Below are positions 12,158 through 21,535 of a stretch of 32,000 nucleotides of DNA, piece after piece; positions within the stretch are counted from its first letter, which is position 1; each line of letters begins with the position of its first letter. The DNA is from Nanoarchaeum equitans Kin4-M (GTDB lineage: Archaea > Nanobdellota > Nanobdellia > Nanobdellales > Nanoarchaeaceae), in assembly GCA_000008085.1 (NCBI GenBank), contig AE017199.1, positions 60,001 to 92,000 of the forward strand. The letters are read 5' to 3'. The position numbers were made by a program, and so were the translations under genes. The notes beneath the pieces were generated by a model. That model worked only from the letters and a program-made list of their open reading frames with translations. It did no database searches and was not told the origin of the DNA.

Positions 12158-13591
12158 ATGGATATAAAGCTTAGAAAAATAGATAAGTATATTTGGGAGA
12201 TACCAAAAGAAGGCAAAATGAATGTTCCAGTTAGAATATACGCTAGCGATAAACTTATAGAAAAAATGAAAGAAGATAGAACATTAATACAAGCAAGAAA
12301 TGTATCGATGTTGCCTAAAATAGTTAAACACATGGTAGTAATGCCGGATGGCCATGAGGGGTATGGCCCACCAATTGGGGGGGTAGGAGCTTTTAGCTTG
12401 GACAACCCCCCAGTAATACCTGGCTTCGTTGGTTTTGATATAAATTGTGGGGTAAGGCTATTAAGAACAAATCTAACTATTGATGAAATAAAGGACAGGT
12501 TAAATTTATTGGTAAATGAAATATTTAGAAATGTTCCTGCTGGTGTAGGCGAAGGGGGGAAACTAAAGCTCTCTATTGATGAACTAAACAAAGTTTTAGA
12601 CTATGGAGTAAACTGGGCAATAGATAATGGCTTTGGTTGGGAAGAAGATAGGAATAGAATCGAAAGCCATGGTTATTTGGATTTTGCCGATTCTGATGCG
12701 GTATCTAATACTGCTAAACAAAGGGGTAAAGACCAATTAGGCACTATAGGTTCTGGAAATCATTTCCTAGAAATACAAGTAGTAGACCAAATTTACGATG
12801 AAGAGATAGCTAAAGCTTTTGGAATATATGAAAAAAATCAGGTTACAGTTTTAATCCATACCGGTAGTAGGGGGTTAGGCCACCAAGTGGCATCGGACTA
12901 TTTAAGATTGTTCGAGAAAAAATACAAATATGATGTGCCAGATAGAGAATTAATTTATGCACCATATGATAGTAAAGATGCACAAAACTATCTAAAAGCG
13001 ATGGCCGCTGCAGCTAATTTTGCTTGGGCAAATAGACAATTAATTACCTATTGGGTAAGGAAAAGCTTTGAAAAAGTATTAAGGAAAAATATAGAATCAA
13101 TAGGTTTAGAAATAGTTTATGATTTGGCCCATAACATAGCGAAGTTCGAAGAGCATACAATAGATGGCAAAAAACAAAAACTTATAGTTTATAGAAAGGG
13201 TGCAACTAGAGCATTTCCCCCAGGGCATAAAGAATTGTGGGGCGAATACAAAAAATACGGCCAACCTGTAATAATACCAGGTTCAATGGGAACAGCTTCT
13301 TATCTATTGGTAGGACAACCAAAAGCGATGGAACTATCTTTTGGTTCTTCTGCTCATGGTGCTGGGAGACAATTATCTAGAGTAAAGGCTAAAAAGCTAT
13401 ATTCTTATTCTGAAGTAATAAGAAAACTAAGAGAAATGGGAATAATAGTTAAATCAACAACAAAAACTGGAGTATTAGAAGAAATACCTGAAGCATACAA
13501 AGATATAGACGAAGTAGTAAGGGTAACCCACGAATTGGGAATAAGCAAAATTGTTGCAAGGTTTAGACCAGTAGCAGTAATTAAAGGATGA
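12158..13591 (+). CDS. rtcB: RtcB RNA ligase (3'-phosphate/5'-OH)
   Basis: MPDGHEGYGPPIGGVGAF, GFDINCGVRL, GTIGSGNHFLE, HTGSRGLGHQV, DLAHNIAK, RKGATRAFPPGH, PGSMGTASYL, SFGSSAHGAGR. Confidence 0.97.
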   Translation: MDIKLRKIDKYIWEIPKEGKMNVPVRIYASDKLIEKMKEDRTLIQARNVSMLPKIVKHMVVMPDGHEGYGPPIGGVGAFSLDNPPVIPGFVGFDINCGVRLLRTNLTIDEIKDRLNLLVNEIFRNVPAGVGEGGKLKLSIDELNKVLDYGVNWAIDNGFGWEEDRNRIESHGYLDFADSDAVSNTAKQRGKDQLGTIGSGNHFLEIQVVDQIYDEEIAKAFGIYEKNQVTVLIHTGSRGLGHQVASDYLRLFEKKYKYDVPDRELIYAPYDSKDAQNYLKAMAAAANFAWANRQLITYWVRKSFEKVLRKNIESIGLEIVYDLAHNIAKFEEHTIDGKKQKLIVYRKGATRAFPPGHKELWGEYKKYGQPVIIPGSMGTASYLLVGQPKAMELSFGSSAHGAGRQLSRVKAKKLYSYSEVIRKLREMGIIVKSTTKTGVLEEIPEAYKDIDEVVRVTHELGISKIVARFRPVAVIKG

Positions 13592-13842
13592 ACGAACTGG
13601 AATACTATTTAGATCGAGAGTATAAAAAATTATCTCTAATTCTAAAAGATGCTAAAATAAAAAAGGGAGAAAGATTTATTAAAGCTTATTGGGAAGATAT
13701 AAAATATTTCTATCAAAAAGGGGAAAAGGTAAAAGCTTTCGAATTGGTTATGTATATATGGGGAATACTGGATTGCTTATATAATACAGGTTATTTAGAA
13801 ATAAACCCTTCCCATAAAAAATGGTTTAAAGATATGTCATGA
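13588..13842 (+). CDS. DUF357-like small protein
   Basis: ATGA overlap with rtcB; KAYWEDIKYFYQKGEKVKAFELVMYIWGILDCLYNTGYL resembles DUF357. Confidence 0.6.
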   Translation: MNELEYYLDREYKKLSLILKDAKIKKGERFIKAYWEDIKYFYQKGEKVKAFELVMYIWGILDCLYNTGYLEINPSHKKWFKDMS

Positions 13843-13916
13843 TAGTTACAAGTTTAGTGAGTATTACTTACCATTTGGTGGTTAAAAATTTTTAAATGAT
13901 GATGTCGTATACTCGT

Positions 13917-14843
13917 ATGGCGGAGGAGCTAAAGGTTTTCCCCAAGGTTTTGAAATTCCTTGTCCTTGGTAAACCTATCCAATTTAATTTTCATAGTGTA
14001 CAGAAAGGTGAGGATAAAACTACACTACAGATTGAAGACTGGGAGTACGGGTACATAAAATCCGAGTATGATTCTAGAAATAATAAAATAATATTGAAAT
14101 GGGACAATAATAAATATGAGAATGGTTTATCGTCTCCTTTTGAAATAAAAAAGGACAAGGAAAAAGATATTGATATAAAGGCCTATCGAAAGATAGTTGA
14201 TAATGGACCATGGAAAACTTTTGAAAACTGTCCAATAAGGGAAGATGATATAAACAAATACTTGGGTGGTGGTTTTTGGCAAGAAAATGAGAGCATAATT
14301 TTGGCTGTAGAAAGAAAAGGAAAATTATACTCTCTAAAATTGAGGGGCCCCAGTATAGAGGTAATGCCAGAGCTTGATGGTTCAAATGTTTATGTAATAA
14401 GAACTAGTAAGGGAGACCATGTTGCTGCAACTTTTTATTTTTCTTATCCAGATATGCCTGGAAAGGGAGACATCTTTTTTGATAATTTATTAACTCAATT
14501 ACTCTCTTATGCCCCAGCGCTTCTTCATTTATTATTAGAAAAAGGGTATATAGATCCAAATAAAGAATGGTACCTCTATTTTGAAGCTAACGATGTTAAT
14601 AATAAAAGGAAGATTCCTAGTAGCTTGTTGGACGCAATGTTTCGTGGTTGGTATGCTTATGCTAGCAAAGGCGAAAACAAGCTCGATAAAACAATAATAT
14701 TTACGCCAAGCCCAGTAGACCTTTATCAAATGATTCCTAATTTGGCGTTAGCAAATACTCTTAGGGCAGGTTTGTATTATACTGCAAATAAAATTTTAGA
14801 AGATAATAAAGACAAGCAATATGGGGACACAAAACAAGGATAA
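13917..14843 (+). CDS. Hypothetical protein (308 aa from corrected start), no recognised family
   Basis: TATA-like tttttaaat overlaps the 13896 start called by the track. The in-frame ATG at 13917 (MAEELKVFPKVLK..) sits ~25 nt downstream, consistent with leaderless mRNA. Confidence 0.75.
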   Translation: MAEELKVFPKVLKFLVLGKPIQFNFHSVQKGEDKTTLQIEDWEYGYIKSEYDSRNNKIILKWDNNKYENGLSSPFEIKKDKEKDIDIKAYRKIVDNGPWKTFENCPIREDDINKYLGGGFWQENESIILAVERKGKLYSLKLRGPSIEVMPELDGSNVYVIRTSKGDHVAATFYFSYPDMPGKGDIFFDNLLTQLLSYAPALLHLLLEKGYIDPNKEWYLYFEANDVNNKRKIPSSLLDAMFRGWYAYASKGENKLDKTIIFTPSPVDLYQMIPNLALANTLRAGLYYTANKILEDNKDKQYGDTKQG

Positions 14844-14943
14844 CAAAATTTTTGTTTTTACGCTGTAAATACTATAAAGAAATTCTAGCAGCTGTGTAGT
14901 GTATTTTTGTTAAAATATTTAAATCATAACATTATACTACCGT

Positions 14944-16152
14944 ATGAGGGTAAAGCTTCCCTCAAAAGTAAACCTTGAAAAAGTGCTCCAAAAGGTTAAA
15001 ACCCCAAAGCTAACCCCAGAGAAAAAATTAGAGATAGCACAAAAGCTTTATGAACATAGCAATGTATTAAAACCCCTATTATTAAGCATAGGTTTAGGAT
15101 ATGCTTTGCCTGCTTTGGGTGAAGAGATAAAAATCGATAAAGTCAAAGTAACTGGAATAGACAAAATAAATCCATACAAAGATGCCCATAGCGAAGAAAA
15201 AGTAACATTTACTAGAGTTTTACCGAATGAAGAACAAACCATTGAATTAGAAATAGGTACACCAACTGTTACTACCATACCAGTTAATTACAATGGAACA
15301 GAAGAGCTAACTGTTACATTAAGTAATGATGTAGTAACCTTGAAGTATACAATGGATATAACAAAAACCCTAACTGTATGGGCCCAGAAAATCAAAGGGA
15401 CCGTCACAGATATTTCTACTTCGATTCGAAAAGAATTGTTTGGTCAAAGTACAAAAACCATCACAGAAATATTTAACTTAGAGGGTGTTGCTTATGTCAT
15501 AAAAGACGGCACAGCTAATATATTATTAGTATTAAAAGATATGGGAGAAAAAGCAGAATCTCTAATACCATATTTGGCCAAAGCTTATGGTTCTGCTGTT
15601 AATTATTTGTTACAGTTTGTGCCAACTATTGAAAAATGGAGTAGTTCCATTAATGAATTTCTCGGAATAAATCCCGATAGCACACCTGTGAAAGATAGCA
15701 TTAAAATAAGTAAAGCGTGGAACGAATTAATAAACAATACCAAAGCTTATGTAGAGAGAATAAAAGGAATAAACGGAGGAATAGAGATGGATAAGATATT
15801 ACCAAAAATGTCTTTTGTAAAGGCGGACGGTGGGATCGCTAAAAGAAATTATATTCCATTAGTATTAACAGAAAAAATATTGGAAGGGGAGCATAAACTA
15901 GATATCACGCAAGGGAATGGAGGAGTGCCTCCATATAAAAATTTCACAGGGCCATACGGTTTTTTCTATTATATAAAGGAATGGTTAGAGCCTTCCAAGT
16001 TTAACAGCTTAAAAGAATACATATGGGAAGTTATGTATCGTTCAGTAAGGAATGCATTAACCAAAACCGGTTTATATAATCCAAAGCACTTATATGCTGT
16101 TCCTAACCCCTATGAGGATCTAAATATAGAGGATTTGGCAAAATTAAAATAA
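14944..16152 (+). CDS. Hypothetical protein (402 aa), no recognised family
   Basis: Long ORF; TATA-like aatatttaaat ~25 nt before the ATG. Confidence 0.8.
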   Translation: MRVKLPSKVNLEKVLQKVKTPKLTPEKKLEIAQKLYEHSNVLKPLLLSIGLGYALPALGEEIKIDKVKVTGIDKINPYKDAHSEEKVTFTRVLPNEEQTIELEIGTPTVTTIPVNYNGTEELTVTLSNDVVTLKYTMDITKTLTVWAQKIKGTVTDISTSIRKELFGQSTKTITEIFNLEGVAYVIKDGTANILLVLKDMGEKAESLIPYLAKAYGSAVNYLLQFVPTIEKWSSSINEFLGINPDSTPVKDSIKISKAWNELINNTKAYVERIKGINGGIEMDKILPKMSFVKADGGIAKRNYIPLVLTEKILEGEHKLDITQGNGGVPPYKNFTGPYGFFYYIKEWLEPSKFNSLKEYIWEVMYRSVRNALTKTGLYNPKHLYAVPNPYEDLNIEDLAKLK

Positions 16153-16182
16153 AATCTTTAAATAATAAATTATTTACCACTT

Positions 16183-16785
16183 ATGAGTAATGAATATGTT
16201 AAAGTCCCCTTATGTGCTTTAAAAAAGGAATGGTTAAACAAATCCCAAATTATATATGAGAAAAACAAACCTTATGCTTTAATTGATAAAAACGATTTGG
16301 AAAAAGCTTTGGGTTCTCCAATAAAATGTATCGCCCCAGGGTTAGGAGAATACATAAAATCTGTGGGCTCTTATATAGCGGTAAGCCCCATACTAAATAA
16401 ATTAACAAAATTACAAGACATATACTCTAATGAAGCCATGTTCGTAAGCTGGGTCTATGGGGTATACCCTTCTATAAAAGCTTTGTACCACACATTAAAA
16501 AAAGAATATTCTAAAGCTAAAGAGGATTTAGAAGAAATAAAATTGTTACCCTATGTTTTACCTGCATATTTATCATGGGTTGCTCTAAAACAGCATATTA
16601 ATCCTAATATAGATTTAGATGGGCCAAACCAATATTTATTTAATGTATTAAACACATTTGCTAACCTAATGGCTTTAAGCATTTACATACCAACAGTTGT
16701 AAAAATGGAAATGGCCATAAAAGATAAAATAAAAAACATTTCCCCATTAAAAGTTATAAAAAATATATATGCCAAACCCCAGTAA
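16183..16785 (+). CDS. Hypothetical protein (200 aa), no recognised family, hydrophobic C-terminal half
   Basis: ORF with its own TATA-like tttaaataa ~22 nt before the ATG. Confidence 0.8.
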   Translation: MSNEYVKVPLCALKKEWLNKSQIIYEKNKPYALIDKNDLEKALGSPIKCIAPGLGEYIKSVGSYIAVSPILNKLTKLQDIYSNEAMFVSWVYGVYPSIKALYHTLKKEYSKAKEDLEEIKLLPYVLPAYLSWVALKQHINPNIDLDGPNQYLFNVLNTFANLMALSIYIPTVVKMEMAIKDKIKNISPLKVIKNIYAKPQ

Positions 16786-16816
16786 GTATTTTTAAATAAT
16801 CCCTTAAAGGTATCGC

Positions 16817-18118
16817 ATGCCTAGAGAGAAACCCCACATCAATGTAGTATTCATAGGACATGTAGACCATGGTAAGTCTACCACAGTAGGTAGGCTAAAA
16901 TATGATTTAGGTTTAATACCAGAGTCCGAATTGGAGAAAATTAGAGAAGAAGCTAAAAAGTATGGTAAGGAGGAATTCGTATTTGCTTATCTAATGGATA
17001 GACAAAAAGAAGAGAGAGCCAGAGGTGTTACAATTGATATAGCTCATACAGAATTGGAAACCCCACACAATTACATTACAATTGTTGACGCTCCTGGCCA
17101 CAAAGACTTCGTAAAGAACATGATTACTGGAGCGTCTCAAGCAGATGCGGCAGTATTAGTAGTAGCAGCAGACGACGGTGTACAAGAACAAACCCAAGAA
17201 CACGCAGTATTAGCAAGAACATTCGGTATAAACCAAATAATTGTATACATAAACAAAATGGATAAGGTTAACTACGACCAAAAAAGATTCGAAGAGGTGA
17301 AAAACCAAGTATTAAAACTATTGAAAATGATTGGATACAAAGATGAAAACATTATTGCTGTAATTCCTGGGGCGTCTTTCCATGGAGACAATGTAGTAAA
17401 GAAATCTGACAAAATGCCTTGGTACAATGGACCAACATTGTATGAAGCTTTAGACATGTTAAAACCCCCACAATTACCAGTTGATTTGCCATTAAGAATA
17501 CCAATACAAAGCGCATTATCCATAAAAGGTATTGGTACAGTATTAACAGGAAGAGTAGAGACTGGTAAACTAAAACCAGGTGACAAAATAATTGTTTTAC
17601 CATCCAAGAAGCCAAACGGTGCGATTGGGGAAGTTAAATCTATAGAAATGCATCACAAACCATTAGAAGAAGCATTGCCTGGAGACAACATAGGTTTTAG
17701 CGTAAGAGGTATCGAAAAGGGTGATGTAATGAGAGGAGATGTTGCAGGCCATTTGGATAACCCACCAACAGTTGCAGAGGAGATAGTAGCGTTAATACAT
17801 GTTATATACCATCCATCTGCAATAACCGTTGGTTATGCCCCAGTATTACATGTACACACAGCACATGTCCCAGTAAGGTTTGAAGAGCTAAGAGGTAAAG
17901 TAAACCCCGCAACTGGACAAGTAATTGAAGAAAACCCGCAAGCATTAAGGCCAGGTGAAGCAGCAGTAGTAAAATTAAAACCATTGAAACCAGTAGTAAT
18001 AGAACCATTCGATAAAATCCCACAATTAGGAAGATTCGCTATTAGAGATATGGGTAGAACTGTAGCAATAGGGATCGCAAGACAGGTAACGCCCAAACAA
18101 ATTGAAATCAAAAAATAA
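16817..18118 (+). CDS. tuf: Translation elongation factor EF-1alpha (aEF1A)
   Basis: [59 protein letters not shown]; TATA-like tttttaaat at ~16789-16797. Confidence 0.99.
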   Translation: MPREKPHINVVFIGHVDHGKSTTVGRLKYDLGLIPESELEKIREEAKKYGKEEFVFAYLMDRQKEERARGVTIDIAHTELETPHNYITIVDAPGHKDFVKNMITGASQADAAVLVVAADDGVQEQTQEHAVLARTFGINQIIVYINKMDKVNYDQKRFEEVKNQVLKLLKMIGYKDENIIAVIPGASFHGDNVVKKSDKMPWYNGPTLYEALDMLKPPQLPVDLPLRIPIQSALSIKGIGTVLTGRVETGKLKPGDKIIVLPSKKPNGAIGEVKSIEMHHKPLEEALPGDNIGFSVRGIEKGDVMRGDVAGHLDNPPTVAEEIVALIHVIYHPSAITVGYAPVLHVHTAHVPVRFEELRGKVNPATGQVIEENPQALRPGEAAVVKLKPLKPVVIEPFDKIPQLGRFAIRDMGRTVAIGIARQVTPKQIEIKK

Positions 18119-18447
18119 TGCCTTTCTTAAGAATTAAAATTTATTCTACTGATTTAGAAGAATTAAATAGGGTAGTAGAAAAAATAAAAGAGATAGTTAA
18201 ACAAACAGGTGTAAAGATGAGAGGCCCAATACCTTTACCAACCAAAATATTAAGAGTCCCAGTATTAAGAATTACTGGGCATAGAGGTACAAAAATATGG
18301 GACACCTACCAAATGAGAATCCATAGAAGGATTATAGATATTGCCACAGATGATAGAACAATAAAATTGTTGATGAGAACTCCTTTAATTACTAAACCCG
18401 AAAAAATACAAATTCAACTAAAATATATTAAGGATAAAAACTTATAA
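18118..18447 (+). CDS. rps10: Ribosomal protein S10 (uS10)
   Basis: LRIKIYSTDLEELN..RGPIPLPTK..HRGTKIWDTYQMRIHRRIIDI; conserved EF-1A/S10 neighbourhood, start overlaps tuf stop. Confidence 0.97.
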   Translation: MPFLRIKIYSTDLEELNRVVEKIKEIVKQTGVKMRGPIPLPTKILRVPVLRITGHRGTKIWDTYQMRIHRRIIDIATDDRTIKLLMRTPLITKPEKIQIQLKYIKDKNL

Positions 18448-18468
18448 ATTCTTTAAGGCCCTATCTTT

Positions 18469-19527
18469 ATGAAAGTTGTACCATTAGATTTTCCATTGGG
18501 GGAAGCAGTAAAGTTATTAGAGGAAGAAGATTTGCTAGCTAGCAAAAAAGAAGATACTGTTTTAGGGACTAACGAATATGTTTTACTAAAAAAATCTGCA
18601 TGGAAAATGCCAGTTAATACAAAATTTGAGAGTTATTCTGTACCAATCCCAACAATAGATGGGAAAAACGATTACGAAATTGCAAAACTAATGTTTGAAA
18701 CAAGGTTTTTAGAATTGCCAAATGAAGACCTTACAAAATCTATACATTATACAGATTTGCTAAAAAAATACAAAGATAAAATAATTACTAACCCAACCAG
18801 GTATTTTGGAGACTATATAGATGTGCAAGCTAGTGAAACGGTATTAGCAGTATTGTATGAAATGAAAAGACAAAAAGTAGAATACGCTACAGTTTTAGAG
18901 GGGGAAAAACCAATTGGTGTAATTTCTTTGAAAGATATATTCTCTAAAATAATATTTCCAAAGAAAAAGCCAAGAGAAGGTGAATTCGTTGACGAATATG
19001 ATAGGCCATTAAAATTACCAATAAGAGAATTCGTAAACGATGTAGTAATAGAGACCGACGATATAAAAGAAGTAATAGAGCTAATGTTAGATAAAAACGT
19101 TAGATCTGTGCCTTTGTTAGTTAATGGCAGATATGTTGGAACAATTACTGTGGATGAAATATTAAAAGAAATAGGTTACATAGAAGAAAAGGGCAAATAT
19201 TTTATACATGTGCATTCTAATGTAGATTTGTATGAGGATGATTACGATTATATAGAAAAGGAATTTGTAAGAAAAGTATGGAGAAAATATAAAGACTATT
19301 TGGAAACCGCTACTTTATATTTAGACATAAAAAGGGAAAAAGGTGTTTTGCCCGACAATATAGAATATTTTTGGCATGTTTCTGCTAGGTTAATAACACC
19401 AAAAGGCAAATTCGTTGCTAGAGTAGTGGGACCTTCTTTGTATAGCGCTATCAAAATGATTATGAGAGAACTAGTTTATGAAATAAAGAAAAAGAAAGAA
19501 GAATCGATAGAATTCGATATAGTATGA
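18469..19527 (+). CDS. CBS-domain protein with C-terminal ribosome-hibernation-factor (HPF/S30AE)-like region
   Basis: CBS-like segments (YATVLEGEKPIGVISLKDIF; RSVPLLVNGRYVGTITVDEIL). C-terminus YFIHVHSNVDLYEDDYDYIEKEFVRKVWRKY..YFWHVSARLITPKGKFVARVVGPSLYSAIKMIMRELVYEIKKKKEE. Confidence 0.65.
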   Translation: MKVVPLDFPLGEAVKLLEEEDLLASKKEDTVLGTNEYVLLKKSAWKMPVNTKFESYSVPIPTIDGKNDYEIAKLMFETRFLELPNEDLTKSIHYTDLLKKYKDKIITNPTRYFGDYIDVQASETVLAVLYEMKRQKVEYATVLEGEKPIGVISLKDIFSKIIFPKKKPREGEFVDEYDRPLKLPIREFVNDVVIETDDIKEVIELMLDKNVRSVPLLVNGRYVGTITVDEILKEIGYIEEKGKYFIHVHSNVDLYEDDYDYIEKEFVRKVWRKYKDYLETATLYLDIKREKGVLPDNIEYFWHVSARLITPKGKFVARVVGPSLYSAIKMIMRELVYEIKKKKEESIEFDIV

Positions 19528-20051
19528 AAAGAACTATAATTTTATTGCTATCTGCTTTAGCATTAGGAGTAGCTTTATCGCAAATTGCTTTTCTTTTAGA
19601 AATAAAATTAGACATAAAGAAAACCACAGATTATATAATTAGACCATATAAAACATCAAAAATCGTTAATGCTATAATTTTAGATGGAAACCAATTTGAA
19701 GGGCAGGACAATCAAACATATGTTATTCCATTATATATAAAAGGAAACGGAAAATACAAATTTTCTATAGAACTAAAAAATTTTGATGGTAGCGCTTTAT
19801 TAGCTATTGGTTTGTTCGATTCAGATAATAAAGAGTTTGGCGAACAATATAATATAAAAGCTTATTATAACAGCACAAATCCAAAATATTTCAATCCTTA
19901 TAAATATATCGTTTGCAACAAAGATTGTTCTTTATTGTATAACACAACAATAGAAAGCGAAAAGCGTTTTGTGATCCTTTTACATATATACAATATAAAT
20001 GAGAACAAAACTATAACATTATCGATTAGGGCAAATGAGGTTCCAAATTAA
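19524..20051 (+). CDS. Secreted/membrane-anchored hypothetical protein
   Basis: Signal-like N-terminus MKRTIILLLSALALGVALSQ followed by a beta-rich segment; ATGA overlap with the upstream gene. Confidence 0.7.
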   Translation: MKRTIILLLSALALGVALSQIAFLLEIKLDIKKTTDYIIRPYKTSKIVNAIILDGNQFEGQDNQTYVIPLYIKGNGKYKFSIELKNFDGSALLAIGLFDSDNKEFGEQYNIKAYYNSTNPKYFNPYKYIVCNKDCSLLYNTTIESEKRFVILLHIYNINENKTITLSIRANEVPN

Positions 20052-21528
20052 TGATTTCTTAGATATAGAGTATAGCGAGCAATATCCCCAAAAGATATCT
20101 GAAATAGAGTGGGCATTCCCTTCAAAGAAAAAATATGACGAGTTTTTGGGGGAATTATTATTTAATATCCAATTAATGGATTTAAAATTATCAAAAAAAC
20201 TTAGAGAGGAATATTTTGCCACTCCCTATAGTCCAATATCGAAAATGTTTGGCCAAACTGTAAGTGGGTTATTCCAAAATGTTTCCAATTTGGGTAAACT
20301 AATTAACGATCTAACTAGGGCAATAATAAGTCATATACAAGAATTGTATGGTATTAGAGAGAAATTGGACATAATAAAAGATGCCTGTGCGGATGAGAAC
20401 TGTGAAAAACTAAAATTTTTCATAACAAAAGATATGGAAAAAGAATTCAAAAAAATTGAAGAAAAATATGGAGAAATAGTTTCAGAAAGAATGATTAATC
20501 CTGCAGTATTGTATTTGAAAAGCCTATGGTTAAACAATTCTGAATATGGGCAAAGAATAAAAGCTTTAACTAATATAGCGCCGAGCATAATAGATTATTT
20601 TAACGCTATAGAGAATGAAGAGGAGGCTTACAAATTGCCAACTAATGAAAGAATAAAAAGAATCGTAGCGAGTGCAATAAAGCATTTTAGAAAATGGCTT
20701 ATACAATATAACAAACTATTGAAAGCTAGATACCAAATGCAAAAAGCTTATTTGAAAATGCAGTTAGCTTATTTATATACTTATCTAAGGATACTTCAAC
20801 CATATCTAAGAGCTTTGTATGCTTTTAACCAAAAATATGTTTCCCCTACAGAACCGTTAATTAATTTTACAAACAAAATGGTTTGGGAATTAGAATTTCT
20901 TATAGAAATAGACAAAAAAGGCAAATTTATCGCTTGTTTATGGGTTAAGGTAAAGCTATCTGGTTCGGGTAATGAGTTAAATTTGTTACAAAACCCCTCT
21001 GTAAATATATTAGTCCAAACTTTGGTTTTGAGTGAAGATGATTACAAAGAATTAGACAGAAAAATAAACCAAGATATAATAATGGCATTTCAACAATTGT
21101 TAAATATGTCTTTAGATCAATTCAAAGAGTTAATAATATATATATTCGAAGACGAAATTGATAATAATACTATTCCAGGGTTAGAGTGGTTAATAACTAA
21201 AGAAGACATAGAAAAGTATAAAAACAAAAACAAAAAAGAGGAGAAAAAAGAAGAAAAAAAGGAAGAGAAGAAAGAGGAAAAAGAAGAGAAGAAAAAGAAA
21301 TGGTGCAATTTGCCAATATTGGATGCTTTGTGTGGGTTATATTTGGCTTTCAAACCATTGTTTTCCCTATTGCCTAAAAAACCAGAGAAAAAAGAGGAAA
21401 AGAAAGAAGAAGAAAAAGATGATAAAAAAGACTGGGAAGAAGCTAAAAATAAAGCTATAGAAAAAACTAACGACTTGTTCAAAACTATAGCCAAAATAGC
21501 AGAATTGCCATTAAAAGATGCTTTATAA
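20035..21528 (+). CDS. Large helical protein with two Lys/Glu tracts flanking a hydrophobic Cys-containing segment
   Basis: ORF of 497 aa; KKEEKKEEKKEEKKEEKEEKKKKK-WCNLPILDALCGLYLAFKPLFSLLP-KKPEKKEEKKEEEKDDKKDWEE. Confidence 0.75.
   Translation: MRFQINDFLDIEYSEQYPQKISEIEWAFPSKKKYDEFLGELLFNIQLMDLKLSKKLREEYFATPYSPISKMFGQTVSGLFQNVSNLGKLINDLTRAIISHIQELYGIREKLDIIKDACADENCEKLKFFITKDMEKEFKKIEEKYGEIVSERMINPAVLYLKSLWLNNSEYGQRIKALTNIAPSIIDYFNAIENEEEAYKLPTNERIKRIVASAIKHFRKWLIQYNKLLKARYQMQKAYLKMQLAYLYTYLRILQPYLRALYAFNQKYVSPTEPLINFTNKMVWELEFLIEIDKKGKFIACLWVKVKLSGSGNELNLLQNPSVNILVQTLVLSEDDYKELDRKINQDIIMAFQQLLNMSLDQFKELIIYIFEDEIDNNTIPGLEWLITKEDIEKYKNKNKKEEKKEEKKEEKKEEKEEKKKKWCNLPILDALCGLYLAFKPLFSLLPKKPEKKEEKKEEEKDDKKDWEEAKNKAIEKTNDLFKTIAKIAELPLKDAL
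21239..21300 (+). repeat. Uninterrupted ~60-nt polypurine tract inside the coding sequence
   Basis: agaggagaaaaaagaagaaaaaaaggaagagaagaaagaggaaaaagaagagaag... read directly. Confidence 0.8.
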
Positions 21529-21535
21529 AAATTGA

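Noticed and set aside
12133-12591. 152-aa minus-strand ORF opposite rtcB
   Set aside because: Complement of strongly conserved RtcB coding sequence; Ser/Phe/Leu-rich translation is typical of antisense artefacts.
13896-13950. Possible box C/D sRNA (ATGATGA at 13896)
   Set aside because: No D/D' CUGA-like box at suitable spacing; the motif lies at the TATA element and start region of the orphan gene.
14844-14943. 100-nt intergenic region as a structured ncRNA or tRNA half
   Set aside because: AT-rich; only a weak aacaaaa/ttttgtt palindrome (possible terminator) and no T-arm (GTTCGAATC-like) or GC-rich stem.
14074-15278. Minus-strand ORFs opposite the orphan genes at 13917 and 14944
   Set aside because: Shorter than the plus-strand ORFs, and the plus-strand genes have correctly spaced TATA-like elements.
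17272-18111. Several ORFs on both strands inside the EF-1alpha gene
   Set aside because: All explained by the EF-1alpha reading frame on the plus strand.
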